The position numbers were made by a program, and so were the translations under genes. A stretch of 63,650 nt of DNA, filler included, from Octopus bimaculoides (lineage: Eukaryota): NCBI RefSeq assembly GCF_001194135.2. It is 6 parts of 6 records of this genome, joined end to end, with 100 filler letters (N's around TTAATTAATTAA, not from the genome) between each part and the next. Parts side by side here need not be neighbours in the genome. Positions count along the whole stretch, not along the records: positions 8,656 to 33,373 come from NC_068989.1; 5 more parts are not named here. One strand, 5' to 3'. Numbering within the stretch: the first letter of the stretch is position 1; each line of letters opens with the position of its first letter. The notes beneath the pieces were generated by a model. That model saw only the letters and a list, made by a program, of their open reading frames with translations, had not been told where the DNA came from and searched no databases. Below are positions 10,691 through 24,850 of the stretch, in pieces.

Positions 10691-11968
10691 CCAATATTTG
10701 GTAGGATACGGTTGATGGATGTTAAGTAGTTGCAGAATCTAAAACGAATTTGCTCACAACTCCAGTTTAATTAATTTCCTAAATGCGGATAAGTGTTTAT
10801 CTATAATTAATTTGCTTAATCTCCCTAAGTCGTTATTTTCATTGTATTTCAATCCTATTGTCTTGTGTTGCTTTGGTCTTATGTTTATTTTGTTCTGGTT
10901 TCGTTTATCCTCTTCACTTAATACCTGAATAATTTACTATACCAACCGCTTTATGAATCATAGCTTAGCATACCACAATAACAGTACCAATGATACCTCG
11001 TCATATATTTTAGGGCTTATGTAGTCATTGCATTTCTGTGACATTACATGTTTTAATCCCTGAGTACTGGCTTTAGCTATTACCGTTCAATGTTCAGTAC
11101 TTACATGATTTCTCGTAGGTAATAGCATAGATTTTGATTCTTTACATTTAAAATAATTAGAAATTCCCTAACTTCAGTTTTATATCCAAACACATTCCAT
11201 TGCATAGCGTCCAAAATATAATAATCGCCAGTAGTCAGCCACTGATCCTAACGAAGTTGCGTGTCTAATTTCTGTACCGGATTTCAATACCGGATGTTGA
11301 TACTATTCCCCCATCGCAAGAGAGAATATATATAAACTCCTCCCTGACATAGCATCCAAAATATAGTAGAAATCGCCAAAAGCCGACCAGTGACCCTCAC
11401 GAAATTCTTGGATATCAAATGTCTATACCAGATGTTAAAACTATTCAAGCATGGTACGACACAACAATAGCATAAATCTGTTGGCTAGAAACGTGCGACT
11501 TATTTTCGGATAGATACTACAAAGACTAAATCCCCTCCTCTTTCCTTCCATTCTTTTCTTTTCTTCTCTTTTTCACTTCTCTTCCGTGAATTGTTAGATT
11601 TTGATGGGAGTTCCCTATATTTTCAATTGATAAATCGATCGATTTATTAAGTTAAACCTTCAACGCTCCCAAAGTGCAGATCTGAAACAGGCGTAAGTTT
11701 ATCGTTCACAAATAAACGTATAAAACCCAATATTTTATGCTTATTTCTTGCATAACACTCTGCGAAAACGTACCATTTCAATGCGGTGGTACAACCATAG
11801 ATTTACAAAGTCAACTGGTAATGGATTTCGACTTCAGCTTTCAATTTCGGAGATTACATGGACTTCAATACAAATCACGAAGCCTTTTGATGGCCTGGTG
11901 TACTTATACCTGCAGAGAGGTTAAGAAGTATTTTACCCGGATTAATAATCCCTTAACAATAACTTTGT

Positions 11969-12011
<43 letters not shown>

Positions 12012-12014
<3 letters not shown>

Positions 12015-12850
12015 GGTGCGTAAGGTATTTGAGGACATATCTTTTTGGGATCATTCCTGCATTTTTTGCGAATCCTGTATAACCTTTGTTTCAGAAAATA
12101 ATAATGGCAGACCATCAGCTTCCTCAAGAAATGAAGAGGTATGCTGTTATGGTGGTTATAAAGGCTGAGCATATCGATTTAGAAATATCTTGATATTTAA
12201 AAGTTGCCAGATCTTTCGTCTACAAAGTTTGTAGGGTTGTTAGAGACTGAAGATGGAAACCTATCACCAGTAACAAAGCATATTATAAACGCTCTGAAAT
12301 CATCAAAACACTTGAATTTATCCAGCAAGTTCAACAGACCCTTGATTAGAATCTCAGAAAGTCCATGAGGTCAATTGCAATAGATCTCCATGTATCAGAA
12401 GGAACGCTCAGAAATGTTGTCCACAAAGACAACAGCTATAAGTCTTATAGGATGAGGAAAGGTCAATTTGTCAGAAAAAGCAAACGAAAATCACTACATC
12501 AGATCTAAAAGGCTCTTAAACAAACTGAAAAATCCAGCAGAAGAAGATTTGATTTGGTTTCTCAAGCGAGAAAAACTTCGACCAAGATCAAAAAGTTAAC
12601 AGAAGAAATGACAGATGGTTATTATGTGCAGGCCCTTTTGAAGTTCCAAGTGTTATGCATAAAAAATTTCCTACATCTGTCGTGGTTTTAGGGGTTGTCA
12701 ACCCTGCTGCCTACATTGAGGTCCTGGAAATAATTTTTAAGCCCTGGATAGACAGTGTATGCAATGGAAGGAAATATGTGTTTCAGTAAGACTCTGCACC
12801 TAAGATCAACAATAGAATGGAGTTGCAGGAAGCTAGCTGGTTGCTATAGC
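12012..12850 (+). mobile_element. Decayed Tc1/mariner transposase, maT (DD37D)-like
   Basis: Starts TA|CACGGTG. Translates MADHQLPQEMKR...SMRSIA.DL.VSEGT, then EKNFDQDQKVNRRNDRW and YVFQ*DSAP, with stops and frameshifts. Confidence 0.8.
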
Positions 12851-13089
12851 AACACCCTTCTTCGCATGTCCACTCCACACACGCTCAAACATACGCACAT
12901 CGGCAACACTCGTAATTTCTTGAAACTGGCATCATAACTCCGAAATATTGAATGCAAGGTAAGTCTACATTAATTCACATATTTGTTTTCTTGTGATTTA
13001 CCTTGCATTTACTTCGCATTGTTTTGGCCTTACCCATGATCCTTTATACAATATATTCTACACAATGCTTCATAGCAATTATTCCATTG

Positions 13090-13190
<101 letters not shown>

Positions 13191-14467
13191 GCGCTAAGAA
13201 ATGGAGCAAAAATTAACAAGGAGAAGTGGATCATTGGTGTCTTAAAGACAGTTTAATTTAATTAAATCAGGAGTATGTTTACAGCTGTTTGTATTTATCA
13301 AAATGGGGTAAATTTGCATTTGCCTCGTTATATATGTACATATATCACCTTTTCGGTGATTTTAAATGTTTTGCCTGCTTACGTTTTGGTATCACGCTAT
13401 ATTTCATGTTGAGAACAATTTAGGTCTTTTTAGACACAAGATGTGATCTATTTCTAGCACATTAAATGTCCACGTTAGTGGTCAACGTCATATATAAAAA
13501 TGTACTTTAATCCCCTGAGATTGCAGATACTGTTTCTGAATCTCTTTGGTTCTTTAAATGTGCTAGCTTCCTGGTAATTAATCGATATTAATTAATATAT
13601 GATTTTTTGCCATATTTTAATAATAATATATTAACCCTTACCGAGTTCTCATACTGGATATATGTGACGCAGTAAATATTCTCTGCGGACATATTCCTGG
13701 AATTAGCGCGCCAAAACGAAGACTTTTGAATTTTACCATTAAGCTGTAATTNNNNNNNNNNNNNNNNNNNNNNNNNNNNNNNNNNNNNNNNNNNNNNNNN
13801 NNNNNNNNNNNNNNNNNNNNNNNNNNNNNNNNNNNNNNNNNNNNNNNNNNNNNNNNNNNNNNNNNNNNNNNNNNNNNNNNNNNNNNNNNNNNNNNNNNNN
13901 NNNNNNNNNNNNNNNNNNNNNNNNNNNNNNNNNNNNNNNNNNNNNNNNNNNNNNNNNNNNNNNNNNNNNNNNNNNNNNNNNNNNNNNNNNNNNNNNNNNN
14001 NNNNNNNNNNNNNNNNNNNNNNNNNNNNNNNNNNNNNNNNNNNNNNNNNNNNNNNNNNNNNNNNNNNNNNNNNNNNNNNNNNNNNNNNNNNNNNNNNNNN
14101 NNNNNNNNNNNNNNNNNNNNNNNNNNNNNNNNNNNNNNNNNNNNNNNNNNNNNNNNNNNNNNNNNNNNNNNNNNNNNNNNNNNNNNNNNNNNNNNNNNNN
14201 NNNNNNNNNNNNNNNNNNNNNNNNNNNNNNNNNNNNNNNNNNNNNNNNNNNNNNNNNNNNNNNNNNNNNNNNNNNNNNNNNNNNNNNNNNNNNNNNNNNN
14301 NNNNNNNNNNNNNNNNNNNNNNNNNNNNNNNNNNNNNNNNNNNNNNNNNNNNNNNNNNNNNNNNNNNNNNNNNNNNNNNNNNNNNNNNNNNNNNNNNNNN
14401 NNNNNNNNNNNNNNNNNNNNNNNNNNNNNNNNNNNNNNNNNNNNNNNNNNNNNNNNNNNNNNNNNNC

Positions 14468-14499
<32 letters not shown>

Positions 14500-14519
14500 G
14501 TATGTATATATACATATAT

Positions 14520-16340
14520 ACATCCCCAAACTACCTTCTTCCCAACTGCTTGTTCTCTGTATTAATGTTATTGGTTTCACAATGGTCCTGGAGGAAGCGG
14601 TTTGAATAAACATGCTGTATATATCTTATACATTCAATTCCGGCATGCGATTGGCCATTGGTTTTTTGCCATGTGGGTGGTTCTACGTTTGGGGATCAAT
14701 TTTGTCTCTGCCAGAGCCAACCAGTGTGGTATACTACTCTTCCCAATGAAAGCTTGCTGGTACGGATTGATAAGATATGGCCGGTAGATTTTTAGCTTCT
14801 TGTACCAATATCCAACAATCAAGTCTCTTCCAGGTGCTTTCCCATCCTAGAGTTTCTGGATCAGAGTTGCAAGTATTTCACCATTAATATTGTATGTCTT
14901 GGATGTAACGCAGGAGCAATAACGTTTCCGGATTTCTTCCAGCCACAAAGCATCTTGGTTAAATTCCTTCTCTTCACTCCAGCTTTTCTTCCAGAAGGAG
15001 TCTATGTCATCTCGTGAAAGAAGAGCCTCCATGTTATTTACTGCTCTTCCTCTCATGTCTCTGTATTCTACTACTTGGTTGCGGTTAAATTTTTTGTTTA
15101 TTGCTCTTCTCTCGGTTATTCTTTTCCCTGACAGCTTTTAGCTCTTGCTTGATGGTAATCAGTTTGCAAGTGAGTGTCCTCTTTTTGCTGTCTCCAAGCA
15201 TCATTTCTATCTCCTTCCTTACTTTCTGTTGGCGAGACGTATAGTAATTTGCTTGTTTGCATGCAATAAGAATCATTACACGATTGATGATCTTCCATAG
15301 ACCAGTTGTCGTTTTCTCTGTCTTTAAAACCCATGATGGTACTTTCTTTATTATTTCGGTTTTGTTTACTTTTTGAATATCATTCATGTACTGTTTTACA
15401 GTAGTAGACAGAGCATATAGACAATCGTTAATCTCCCAGTATGTGGGTTCATCACCACCAATTTCGTTAACAGTTTTTAATACCGTATCTGATAGTTCTT
15501 TACTTACTTTAGTAGAGAATACTCTCTTCTCGAGGGGGTCCTTCAAAGCCAAAGTTATTTTTTCTCGGAAAATTTCAGTAAGGGCACAGTTCACTGGCAT
15601 ATAATTTTGACTATCCCTACTACTACAATAATCCTTGCGGTTGTGCCTGCAATTTAGTAGTAGTAGTAGTGGGGACAGAAGTCAGTTACTTGAGCCAGTT
15701 ATGTAGTTTGGCTGGCACTCACTATGGAATCTGTTGGAATGTCACTAGCTGCGAAACCACGTGGTGGTCTTATATAATTCACGATTTCTATTTTGCTTAT
15801 AGAGTTGGGAAGAAGGTTAATATTCAATTTTTTAAAATAAAGTTAGTTACTAACTTTCTATATTCTACAAATGTTGCTTGTTGCCGCAGTTACTTTACTG
15901 TAAAAGGGTTTAATTCTGGATACAGATCGTCCAAATATGATTTCAATCCATTCATACATCCGACAGCGGGGTTTTGTTACGCTTTTTTTGTAGCAGTTAA
16001 ATAGATCATTATTCAGTACATAACTCCAAGAGAAATGAGTTTTTTAGTTACGGTTTCTTCTATAACTACAGCTAGAGAGAAATTGCTTACCTGTTGAGCT
16101 GTTGTTTTCGTTCTGTTCCTCGATTGTGTTGTTGTTGATCTTGTATCCAGCCATGTTATTTGTAGTAACTCTTTGCATACTAAATTCAAGTTTCAGTCGA
16201 AAATCACTACAATCGTGAATAAAAGGCCCCCTCAGTTAATTCATTTGAAGATTAGCCAGTTATTTAACAAGGCTGCAAGTTGTGGTTTCAATGCTAGAGA
16301 TAGTATTCGCCGTATTTTCGATAAATGGTCTCCTACGCCA
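14520..16340 (-). mobile_element. R4/Dong-like LINE copy 1 (5' UTR, N-terminal region, start of RT)
   Basis: EPTYWEINDCLY, FWKKSWSEEKEFNQDALWL, KAPGRDLIVGYWYKKL, IPHWLALAETKLIPK. Colinear with 30000-31210. The 5' end abuts TGTATGTA. Confidence 0.85.
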
Positions 16341-19282
16341 TGTATGTATTATATATGTACGTATATGTGTGCGTATGTGTACATGCATATATTATAGTTC
16401 TTAGTATGTCTGTTCACAGCAAAGAGCTGCATGTAAGTATATATGTATGCAGGTAGATAGCTATGTTTATGTCTGTTTGCGTATGTATGAGTATATTTTT
16501 TAAAATCTTGTTCGCGGGAAATGTATGTGCGTGTGTCTTTGTGTGTGTATGTATGTATGTATGTATGTACGCATGTACATGCTATATTTGTATGCGCCCA
16601 TTTATAAATTCATGTATGTATGCATGCATATATGTATGTATATATGCATATTCGTACATATATATGTATATATGCGGGCTTATATATTATGTGTGTGTGT
16701 TTGTGTATTTATGTATATCTATGTGTGTATCTGTGAAAATCTCCATGTATGTTTTTATGTATTCGTGTATATATTCATGCATATATGCATGTATATACGC
16801 TTGTAAGTATTATATATTTTATATATGTGTACAGATATAGATGCATTTATATATACACATACATATAGGATACAGAGCGCCCTGTATTCGCAAAGATCTG
16901 GCTACACATCCATATATGCATGTATATATGTAAGTTTGAACTCATTTATCGGTATGACAAAATAGTTAAAAGTTTCAAACCGCAAAAAGAAGTTCTGGTT
17001 TCGATTCCTCAGCATGGCAATTTGGACCATTGTCTTTGCCTCTATATTGAATCAACCCAAGCTATATGAATGTTATTGTGTTAGCGGAAACTGTATGGAA
17101 GACCATCAAATATATTGTGCCTGTAATTCAAAAGGCCAGTCTTGTTACATTGTGTCCCCTTGAATTTGGCTATGAATTACATTAGAAATAGATATATCAG
17201 TGGAATTTTCATCCATTTAGATGCTAATCTTAGAGGATTTTTAATTCCATTGCCATGGTAACTCAGGTATGCGAACAACCGATACACTCATCGTTAAAAC
17301 TAACAGAAATCCGTTTACTATTTATGTATTTATAGATCGGANNNNNNNNNNNNNNNNNNNNNNNNNNNNNNNNNNNNNNNNNNNNNNNNNNNNNNNNNNN
17401 NNNNNNNNNNNNNNNNNNNNNNNNNNNNNNNNNNNNNNNNNNNNNNNNNNNNNNNNNATATATATGTGCATATATGTATGTGTGTGTGTGTGTGTGTGTG
17501 TGTACACACACAAACACACATATACAATACGTGTAAGTGTGCATTTATTATGTATGCTTGTATGTAGTATAAAAAACTGAAAAATTTCTTATTTGGTAGA
17601 ATTAGAAATAATCACATCAACCCCAACAACAAACCACGATAGCACTACTACTATCACTAGTTGCTCTTATATCTCAAAATTTTAGCGTTCGATAATAAAT
17701 TATTTTTTTTTTTTAGATAACGGTTATGATACGATTTTATCCCCTTACACATGACATCGTAGTGTTAGGTATAGATGTCTGTGTATGTGTGCGCGTGCGC
17801 GCGCGCGCATGTGTGCTTATCTTGTGAACAAATATAAGTTAAGAAAATGGCTTCCTCTTCTTAAATGAAGTGAGTCACTTGGTAACACTTTGCTTAGTAA
17901 CTCATAAAAATGTAAATGAAAAGATAATAAGGAAGTGAGAAAATACGTCTGTAAGTAAAAAATATGTACAATTATTCTGGGCTCTTTGCCATGAAGACCG
18001 TTTTTTTACTTCGTTTTTTTTTCTTGCTTTATTATCTTTTACTAATATTTAGTTCTTGTTTAATACTGCCAATACAGCCACTTACCATCTCAGGATTTAA
18101 ATGTCCAACCTTCTTGTTGATTCAAAATGTGGAAGTAGCTTCCTTCCCTTCATTGAAAGCTCTTTTTAAGTGAAGTTAAGAGATGTCTTTCTGCAAATAT
18201 GGCATACATTCAAGTATAAGTAGAAGCTTGAAAAACTTGATTAACTACTAGTTATTTTAGTTGATATTTTGTACGTGTTTGCGTAGTGGAATCAGTACTT
18301 GTGAATATGATGCGAGTTTCTGTACATATAAGTGTGCGTATTTTTGAAGAGCTTAGTTTTGTTTTATTCTAATAGTTATGTTACTCCCTCCCCAGTTCCC
18401 TTAAGTAGTGAAACCGACGTAAAAATAGAAGAACAGAGAAAGAGAAAGGGCGAAAGATAAATAGATTGGGTATCTGTGTCTATGTGAGTGTGTACGTGTG
18501 TATAAGAAAGATTTAATATCAGGCAGCGGGTGAACAACATTAAAGATTTCTGAATTAGGTACAGGAGCATATATTTTGGGGCGAGGAGAATGTGTTGTCA
18601 ATTATATCGATCCCATTATTGCATGACTTGTGAATATTTTAATGAGTTCAGGAGGACAAAAAATTCAAGTGGATACCAGCTGTATTTGAACTCGGGACTA
18701 AATACACTAAAGCACATATTAGCACATGTTTAGATGATCATTCCATTCTGATTTCTATTTCGTTAAATATTTCTGACATAGTTAAAAGGTAATAAATTTA
18801 CTTGGTGTCATACGAATGATCATATCAAATATCAGCATTTGATTAGTATATATTTTATCAATAACAGTAATTATTTTTGACATTATGAAATTGTATTACA
18901 TTTTGGCGGGAAATTATTAGGAATTATAACTCCTTACTCCTTACCTATACTTATTTATTTTTTTACTCCATCCACCTAGCTTTTCAACATTTTAACAGAC
19001 TTCTATCTTGCAACCGCCCACATCTCAGATCTGTCATTCTGCTAACACCACTGCACACGAATTCTCTTCGCGTATTCCTCTTCATACTCCTTCTTTTCAC
19101 CTATACTACCGACATCACTTCAGTTTCTCATTCGTAATCATATATTTAAATTTATACCAATGACATATTAAACCACTTCCTTAACTTATTCCCTATTATA
19201 ATTATGGAAATTATTTTTCCAGAACCTTAGTTAATTCTTTCCCTATATGTAAAAATCTTTCTTCAAGCAGATTCGAGTACAC

Positions 19283-19320
19283 TATACTGATGAGATCCAA
19301 TAGGCTAGAACATGTTTATA
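19283..19320 (+). ncRNA. Degenerate minimal type I hammerhead motif (Penelope-type)
   Basis: TATA-CTGATGA-G-atcc-aata-ggct-a-GAAC-ATGT-T-TATA. Stem I is TATA/TATA and stem III is the palindrome ACATGT. Stem II and GAAA are damaged. Confidence 0.45.
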
Positions 19321-20135
19321 ATTATCATTTGCTCCTTTAAAACAAAGATCAGACTCTTTCCTTTAAGTATTTAATATAATGCTCAGCGAATGGATCATAA
19401 TTTTAAAGAATTATCTCCCTTTTTATTTAAGAGTCGTTAACAACAACCACGGGTTTTTGCACTTCTTTTCCAAACAACGAAGCAAATTTCAATAGATTAA
19501 AAATGTATTGCATGCAGCTCTCAGCACATTGCGCTTTATCTTACTTTTTCATTTGCTGAGTTTGGAAAAATGGACAGAACCCATAACAGTTGTAGGTCCT
19601 ACGAAACTGGTGAGATTAATGACATTAGCATGCCGACTAAACAGATTAATGGCGTTAGCATTCCGTCTAAACAGCTGCAGGAAAGACATGAGCAAGAAGA
19701 TTCCGAAGGGATGAGGTCCTTTCGACATAGAGGCTACAGAGGGGAAAGAAGGGTAGTTGAACGTTATCAATGCCACTGGTTTATTTGAGTTAAGTTATTT
19801 TAGCTTGATACATTTTTAAAAGATTACATTGAATTGCAAATGAGAACGTAAAATAGGGGTTGTTAAATATCGCCAGGCATTTTGTTTGACGTTCTACTAA
19901 TTCTATCGATATCATATCGAGTGCAAGGCTATTTAATTTTCCATCTATTTGATACAACGAAAATAGTGTTCAGTGCCTGTCTCGTAGAAGTCTGTAAGTT
20001 GTAAAAGACATTTATCTTAATTCTTAAAGAAATAAAATGGTAAATAAATAATGCCTAAACAATTTTGAAACTGTGACTCTTTGTATAAGTGTGCATGTTT
20101 ATTTGTGAATCTCTGTGTATAATGTGTGTGAGTGA

Positions 20136-20206
<71 letters not shown>

Positions 20207-20640
20207 TGTGTGAGTGAAAGTATTGATTTTGTATGTACATACATTTGTGTGTGAATGTATGTGTAAATGTATGTTTTTAGTCATGTGTAAGTTTGACTGC
20301 GAATGGATATGTTCGTGTGAGTACTTTTTCAAACAGGAACTTTTTTGTTTATATTTTAATACTGATTTTTTTGTTGTTGCTGTTATGTTTTCGTTTCTTT
20401 TGTCAGCTCTTTCCAGCAGAGTGAAGACAGACGAATACATACTCATTTACGTCCATACATACATATGCACATATATTTATACATATGCATATACATGCAT
20501 GCATGTATGTATGTATGTGTATGTTTGTACGCATATATACATACATATCTGTCTATCTATATGTACATATACACACACGTATATATATGTATATATATAC
20601 ATATCTGTTTATCTATACGCACGCACACACACACACACAC

Positions 20641-20686
<46 letters not shown>

Positions 20687-21938
20687 AATATATATGTGTT
20701 AGGTCGTAGAAATTGGTATCATTTAATAACTAATTTTTTCGTCACTAGAAGAAAACAATATCTGTTTTCAATGTACTTGCTGAGCTTTTCTTACAATGCA
20801 GTGAAGTGAGAAAAAAAAATGTAAGTGTGTAAACCGACTTTTTCGTCTCTGAGTCTGGTTAATCTCAATAAAACTGGAATTCTAATCAGAAAAATCTAAT
20901 CAGTTTAATTAAGCAAAACTTTGAAAGTGCACTTCAACCAGTGAAGAAAATAGGAATAAAATTCTCATAAATTCATAAAACAACAAAAACAATGGAGCTT
21001 TTCACAGTTTCATAGAGAAACAATGCTTAAGTTGTTAATTTCGAATGTTTTCAAAGGAATATAAAAAATATTGTTGTTGGTGTTGTTGTTTTAAGTATCC
21101 AAATCTATATTTTTATTGATTTTTAAGCTTAAAGACTGAACGGAAAAAAACCAATACTTCCCCCTAAAAAACATTCCTCTAATAAAACCTCAATAAACCC
21201 CTACCATTACACAAAATCAACAAATTTGAAATTTAGCAACAAAGCAAAATCACCAGAGTAACAACAACAACAGCAACAACACGACCACCGCCCATACAGT
21301 CAATATAATAAGTTAATCAATGAATAAACTATTTCCAGTTTTCATCACAATAATCTCTCCAAAGATCAAATTTGCAACGAATCATTTGAGAAATCTTCAT
21401 TAGAAGAGAAGGATTTTATATAACCGTTATCACAGAGACTGGCAACAAGATCACTGCTAGAGCTTCATTAATCGATTCTTCGCAGTTGTTATTGTTGTTG
21501 TTGTTGCTGTTATTGTTGTAGTCATCTTTGTTTCTCATTTACATATTGCATTATTTTCTTTTTTTTTAATTTTATTTATTTCTTTTGTTTATGTACGTCT
21601 GTGTATGTTTATATGTGTTTTGTTCGTGTTTATTTTTTAAAGATTTTACTAGATCTTATTTATTTATATCTATTTCTTTCTCCCTTTTTTTTTGCTTTAA
21701 GTCGTCGTCTTAACAATACAACTTCCAACAGAGCTTAATGAATTTTTTAATTAGATCTACTGCAACAACAAGAAAAACAATGTTGTTTATATTTATTCCG
21801 TATTTATTTTCTTCATTAGCCACAAGGGGCCTACGAGACACAGTAAAAGATTATGCACGTTTAACTGAGGGGTGGGGCCAACTATTTGTATGATAAGTTC
21901 AAGGGTAAAAAAGGGTATACAATATCTACGCACGCACG

Positions 21939-22001
<63 letters not shown>

Positions 22002-22815
22002 NNNNNNNNNNNNNNNNNNNNNNNNNNNNNNNNNNNNNNNNNNNNNNNNNNNNNNNNNNNNNNNNNNNNNNNNNNNNNNNNNNNNNNNNNNNNNNNNNNN
22101 NNNNNNNNNNNNNNNNNNNNNNNNNNNNNNNNNNNNNNNNNNNNNNNNNNNNNNNNNNNNNNNNNNNNNNNNNNNNNNNNNNNNNNNNNNNNNNNNNNNN
22201 NNNNNNNNNNNNNNNNNNNNNNNNNNNNNNNNNNNNNNNNNNNNNNNNNNNNNNNNNNNNNNNNNNNNNNNNNNNNNNNNNNNNNNNNNNNNNNNNNNNN
22301 NNNNNNNNNNNNNNNNNNNNNNNNNNNNNNNNNNNNNNNNNNNNNNNNNNNNNNNNNNNNNNNNNNNNNNNNNNNNNNNNNNNNNNNNNNNNNNNNNNNN
22401 NNNNNNNNNNNNNNNNNCTGTTAAGGTTAATAAATACATTTCGTTGCTATTATGTAAAAGTGTCGTAAGTCCAGAACGTTACTTCTTTTTCAGACAACGA
22501 AAAAATAGTTTCACCATTGCATTTATTTTTACCTTAGCGACAGTTTCAGCTTAACAGTAATACTTTGTTGGGTGCATAAAATCGTAACTCTATGCATGTA
22601 TGATATTTTTAGAAATAGTTTTGCCAAATTGTCGTATGTGGGACTTACTACACTTTTGAAAAATGCTAAACCATTGTACTACACTTTGACTCTCATCTGA
22701 AGCAGCTGGAGATACGATAGTTTGACCAAAAGAATCGGCTATTGCTAGCAAAATTAAATATTTGGAAAATAAACGTATTTGGCCAAACTTGGACATAGCA
22801 GCGATTTATGCATTC

Positions 22816-22953
<138 letters not shown>

Positions 22954-22980
22954 ATATGTATATGTATGTATATATATGTG

Positions 22981-23011
<31 letters not shown>

Positions 23012-23351
23012 ATATATATATATAGATATATATGTATGTATATATATTTATATATCTACATGATATAAACACATGCGTATATATATACATGAATGAACAA
23101 GTTTAAAGTTTATTATATTACACAAATAATTACATGGAATAAATATGAATTGTATTAAAAGACGAAAGACTTAAATCTAGAAATTTAAAGATTTAAAGGA
23201 AAAATACCCTAAAATCAGAATGAAAAATGATAGTCTAGTTCGAACAAAACCACCCCACTCGCTAACCGCCCGTCATTGCTCGTACAAGAGCCACGTGATA
23301 CAACGTAAACATTCAAATTGTCTGAGTAGGTTACAGTTGGTAACAACTCAC

Positions 23352-23521
23352 ATCTCCAGGACTCTTTGATTTAGTTCATTGTAATATTTTTCAATTATTT
23401 TTACCAAAATACTGTTCTTCGACGATATCCCATATTCTAACTTCAGTTTCTTCTCAGTAATCAAAACATCTCCGTTGTGTTCCTTGCAGCATAAATGTGT
23501 GACTCTACCTTCCAGATCCAT
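23352..23521 (-). CDS. Candidate first coding exon of an unidentified gene
   Basis: aatATGg start with an in-frame stop upstream and no AG in between. 56 codons MDLEGRVTHLCCKEHNGDVLITEKKLKLEYGISSKNSILVKIIEKYYNELNQRVLE plus 2 nt, then a GTGAGT donor. Confidence 0.45.
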
Positions 23522-23597
23522 ATTCGATTTTCGAAGATCGGCGAATTTTAATTAAACATCCTTCTCATGGCCGTTAACATCGTTGTTCTGATACGCT

Positions 23598-23626
23598 ATT
23601 ATTATTATTATTATTTTTATTATTAT

Positions 23627-23720
<94 letters not shown>

Positions 23721-23780
23721 TACTTCCTCTTCTTCTTCTTCTTCTTCTTCTTCTTCTTCTTCTTCTTCTTCTTCTTCTTC

Positions 23781-23812
<32 letters not shown>

Positions 23813-23822
23813 TATTATTATC
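23598..23822. repeat. Compound trinucleotide microsatellite (TAT)(TAG)(CAT)(TTC)(CAT)
   Basis: Direct inspection. Representative of dozens of (CA)n, (TA)n, (GA)n, (TATG)n, (GAT)n and (AAT)n tracts across the window. Confidence 0.95.
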
Positions 23823-23864
23823 ATTCATATCATTAAAATGGAGACCTAGAAAATGGTTAGCATG

Positions 23865-24025
23865 ACGGACAAAAAGCTTAGCGGCATTTCCTCTGTCTTT
23901 ACGTTCTGGTTTCAAATTCTGAAAGGATGAAAGACAAATTCCGCTCGGGTGGAATTTGTCTCTCATCCTTTCAGAGTCGATACAATAAGTACCAGTTGAG
24001 CACGGGAGCGATGTAATCGACCTAT
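23865..24025 (+). mobile_element. CORE-like SINE (family A)
   Basis: gcttagcggcatttc...tcaaattc...tcatcctttcagagtcgatacaataagtaccag. Confidence 0.7.
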
Positions 24026-24149
24026 TCTTTCTGGGCGCGTCAAGCTTTCACTGATTGCCCCAGCAAGTTAATCCATCGGAAGTTGTCGGGTGCAACCATC
24101 AACAACCGGGGTGGGTAGCTCTGGAAAGGGCTATTACAGTAAAGGCATT

Positions 24150-24850
24150 AGAGTTGAGTAAAGAATAGCGTTAGAGGAATCTAGAATAGAGAGGGAAATA
24201 GATAGGAAGCTAGAAGAGGCATGTAGAAAAGCCATAGTGATCGACATGCTGGCGGCAAAATTGGCTCTTTATCAATTCTTCAATTCCAAGCACAAGCTAG
24301 AGCGCATGCGTTAAGATACTAGGAAATGAAAGCCGTTGATGGTCCCGGATGGTGAAAGTGCACCGAGGAAGCAAAGCCAAAATTTGGTCTTTGACAGGTT
24401 GGGGTAGGCGCTAAACGAATCCAAGCAGATGTGTGCGGAATTTCAGCGGCACTATGCCGAACATACGGAGTGCATGGTGAGTCGGAGGCAGGATGGATTT
24501 CACCTCCAAATCTCGATGGAATGTCACACCTTTCGGCCAGGGTCGGGTAGAGGTGGATAGTGCGTACATCGCTTCCGTCATCTATTATCACCTGACCGTC
24601 GGCCCTTGCTCTGCTTCGTGGATGATCAAGCTGGAGCGCCTGCTCTTCCACTTTCTGTGGAAGGACGTATTCCTTTCGTCAGACGATCCATCTGCTGCCA
24701 GCAGCTACCGAGTGGCGGACTGGACGTGCTAAGACTGCGAAATATTCAGCGTTTCCTTGATAGCGAGCAAGTGTGGTCGCCGTTTGTCAGACAAAATTTT
24801 CCGTAGCTCGTTTCAATAACGGATCAACAATCTTGGATCAATCGACTTAC
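24150..24850 (+). mobile_element. Tx1/L1-clade LINE fragment (RT C-terminal region)
   Basis: GRVEVDSAYIASVIYYHLTV...KLERLLFHFLW(K)GRIPFVRRSICCQQLPSGGL matches the L1-type F.W.G...GGLG region. Confidence 0.75.

Noticed and set aside
11195-11450. Diverged ~150-bp tandem duplication
   Set aside because: Only two degenerate units with no structure or coding signal; not a CRISPR-like or regular array.
13631-13751. TTAA|CCCTT as a piggyBac left end
   Set aside because: There is no matching right TIR or transposase, and the sequence runs into a gap.
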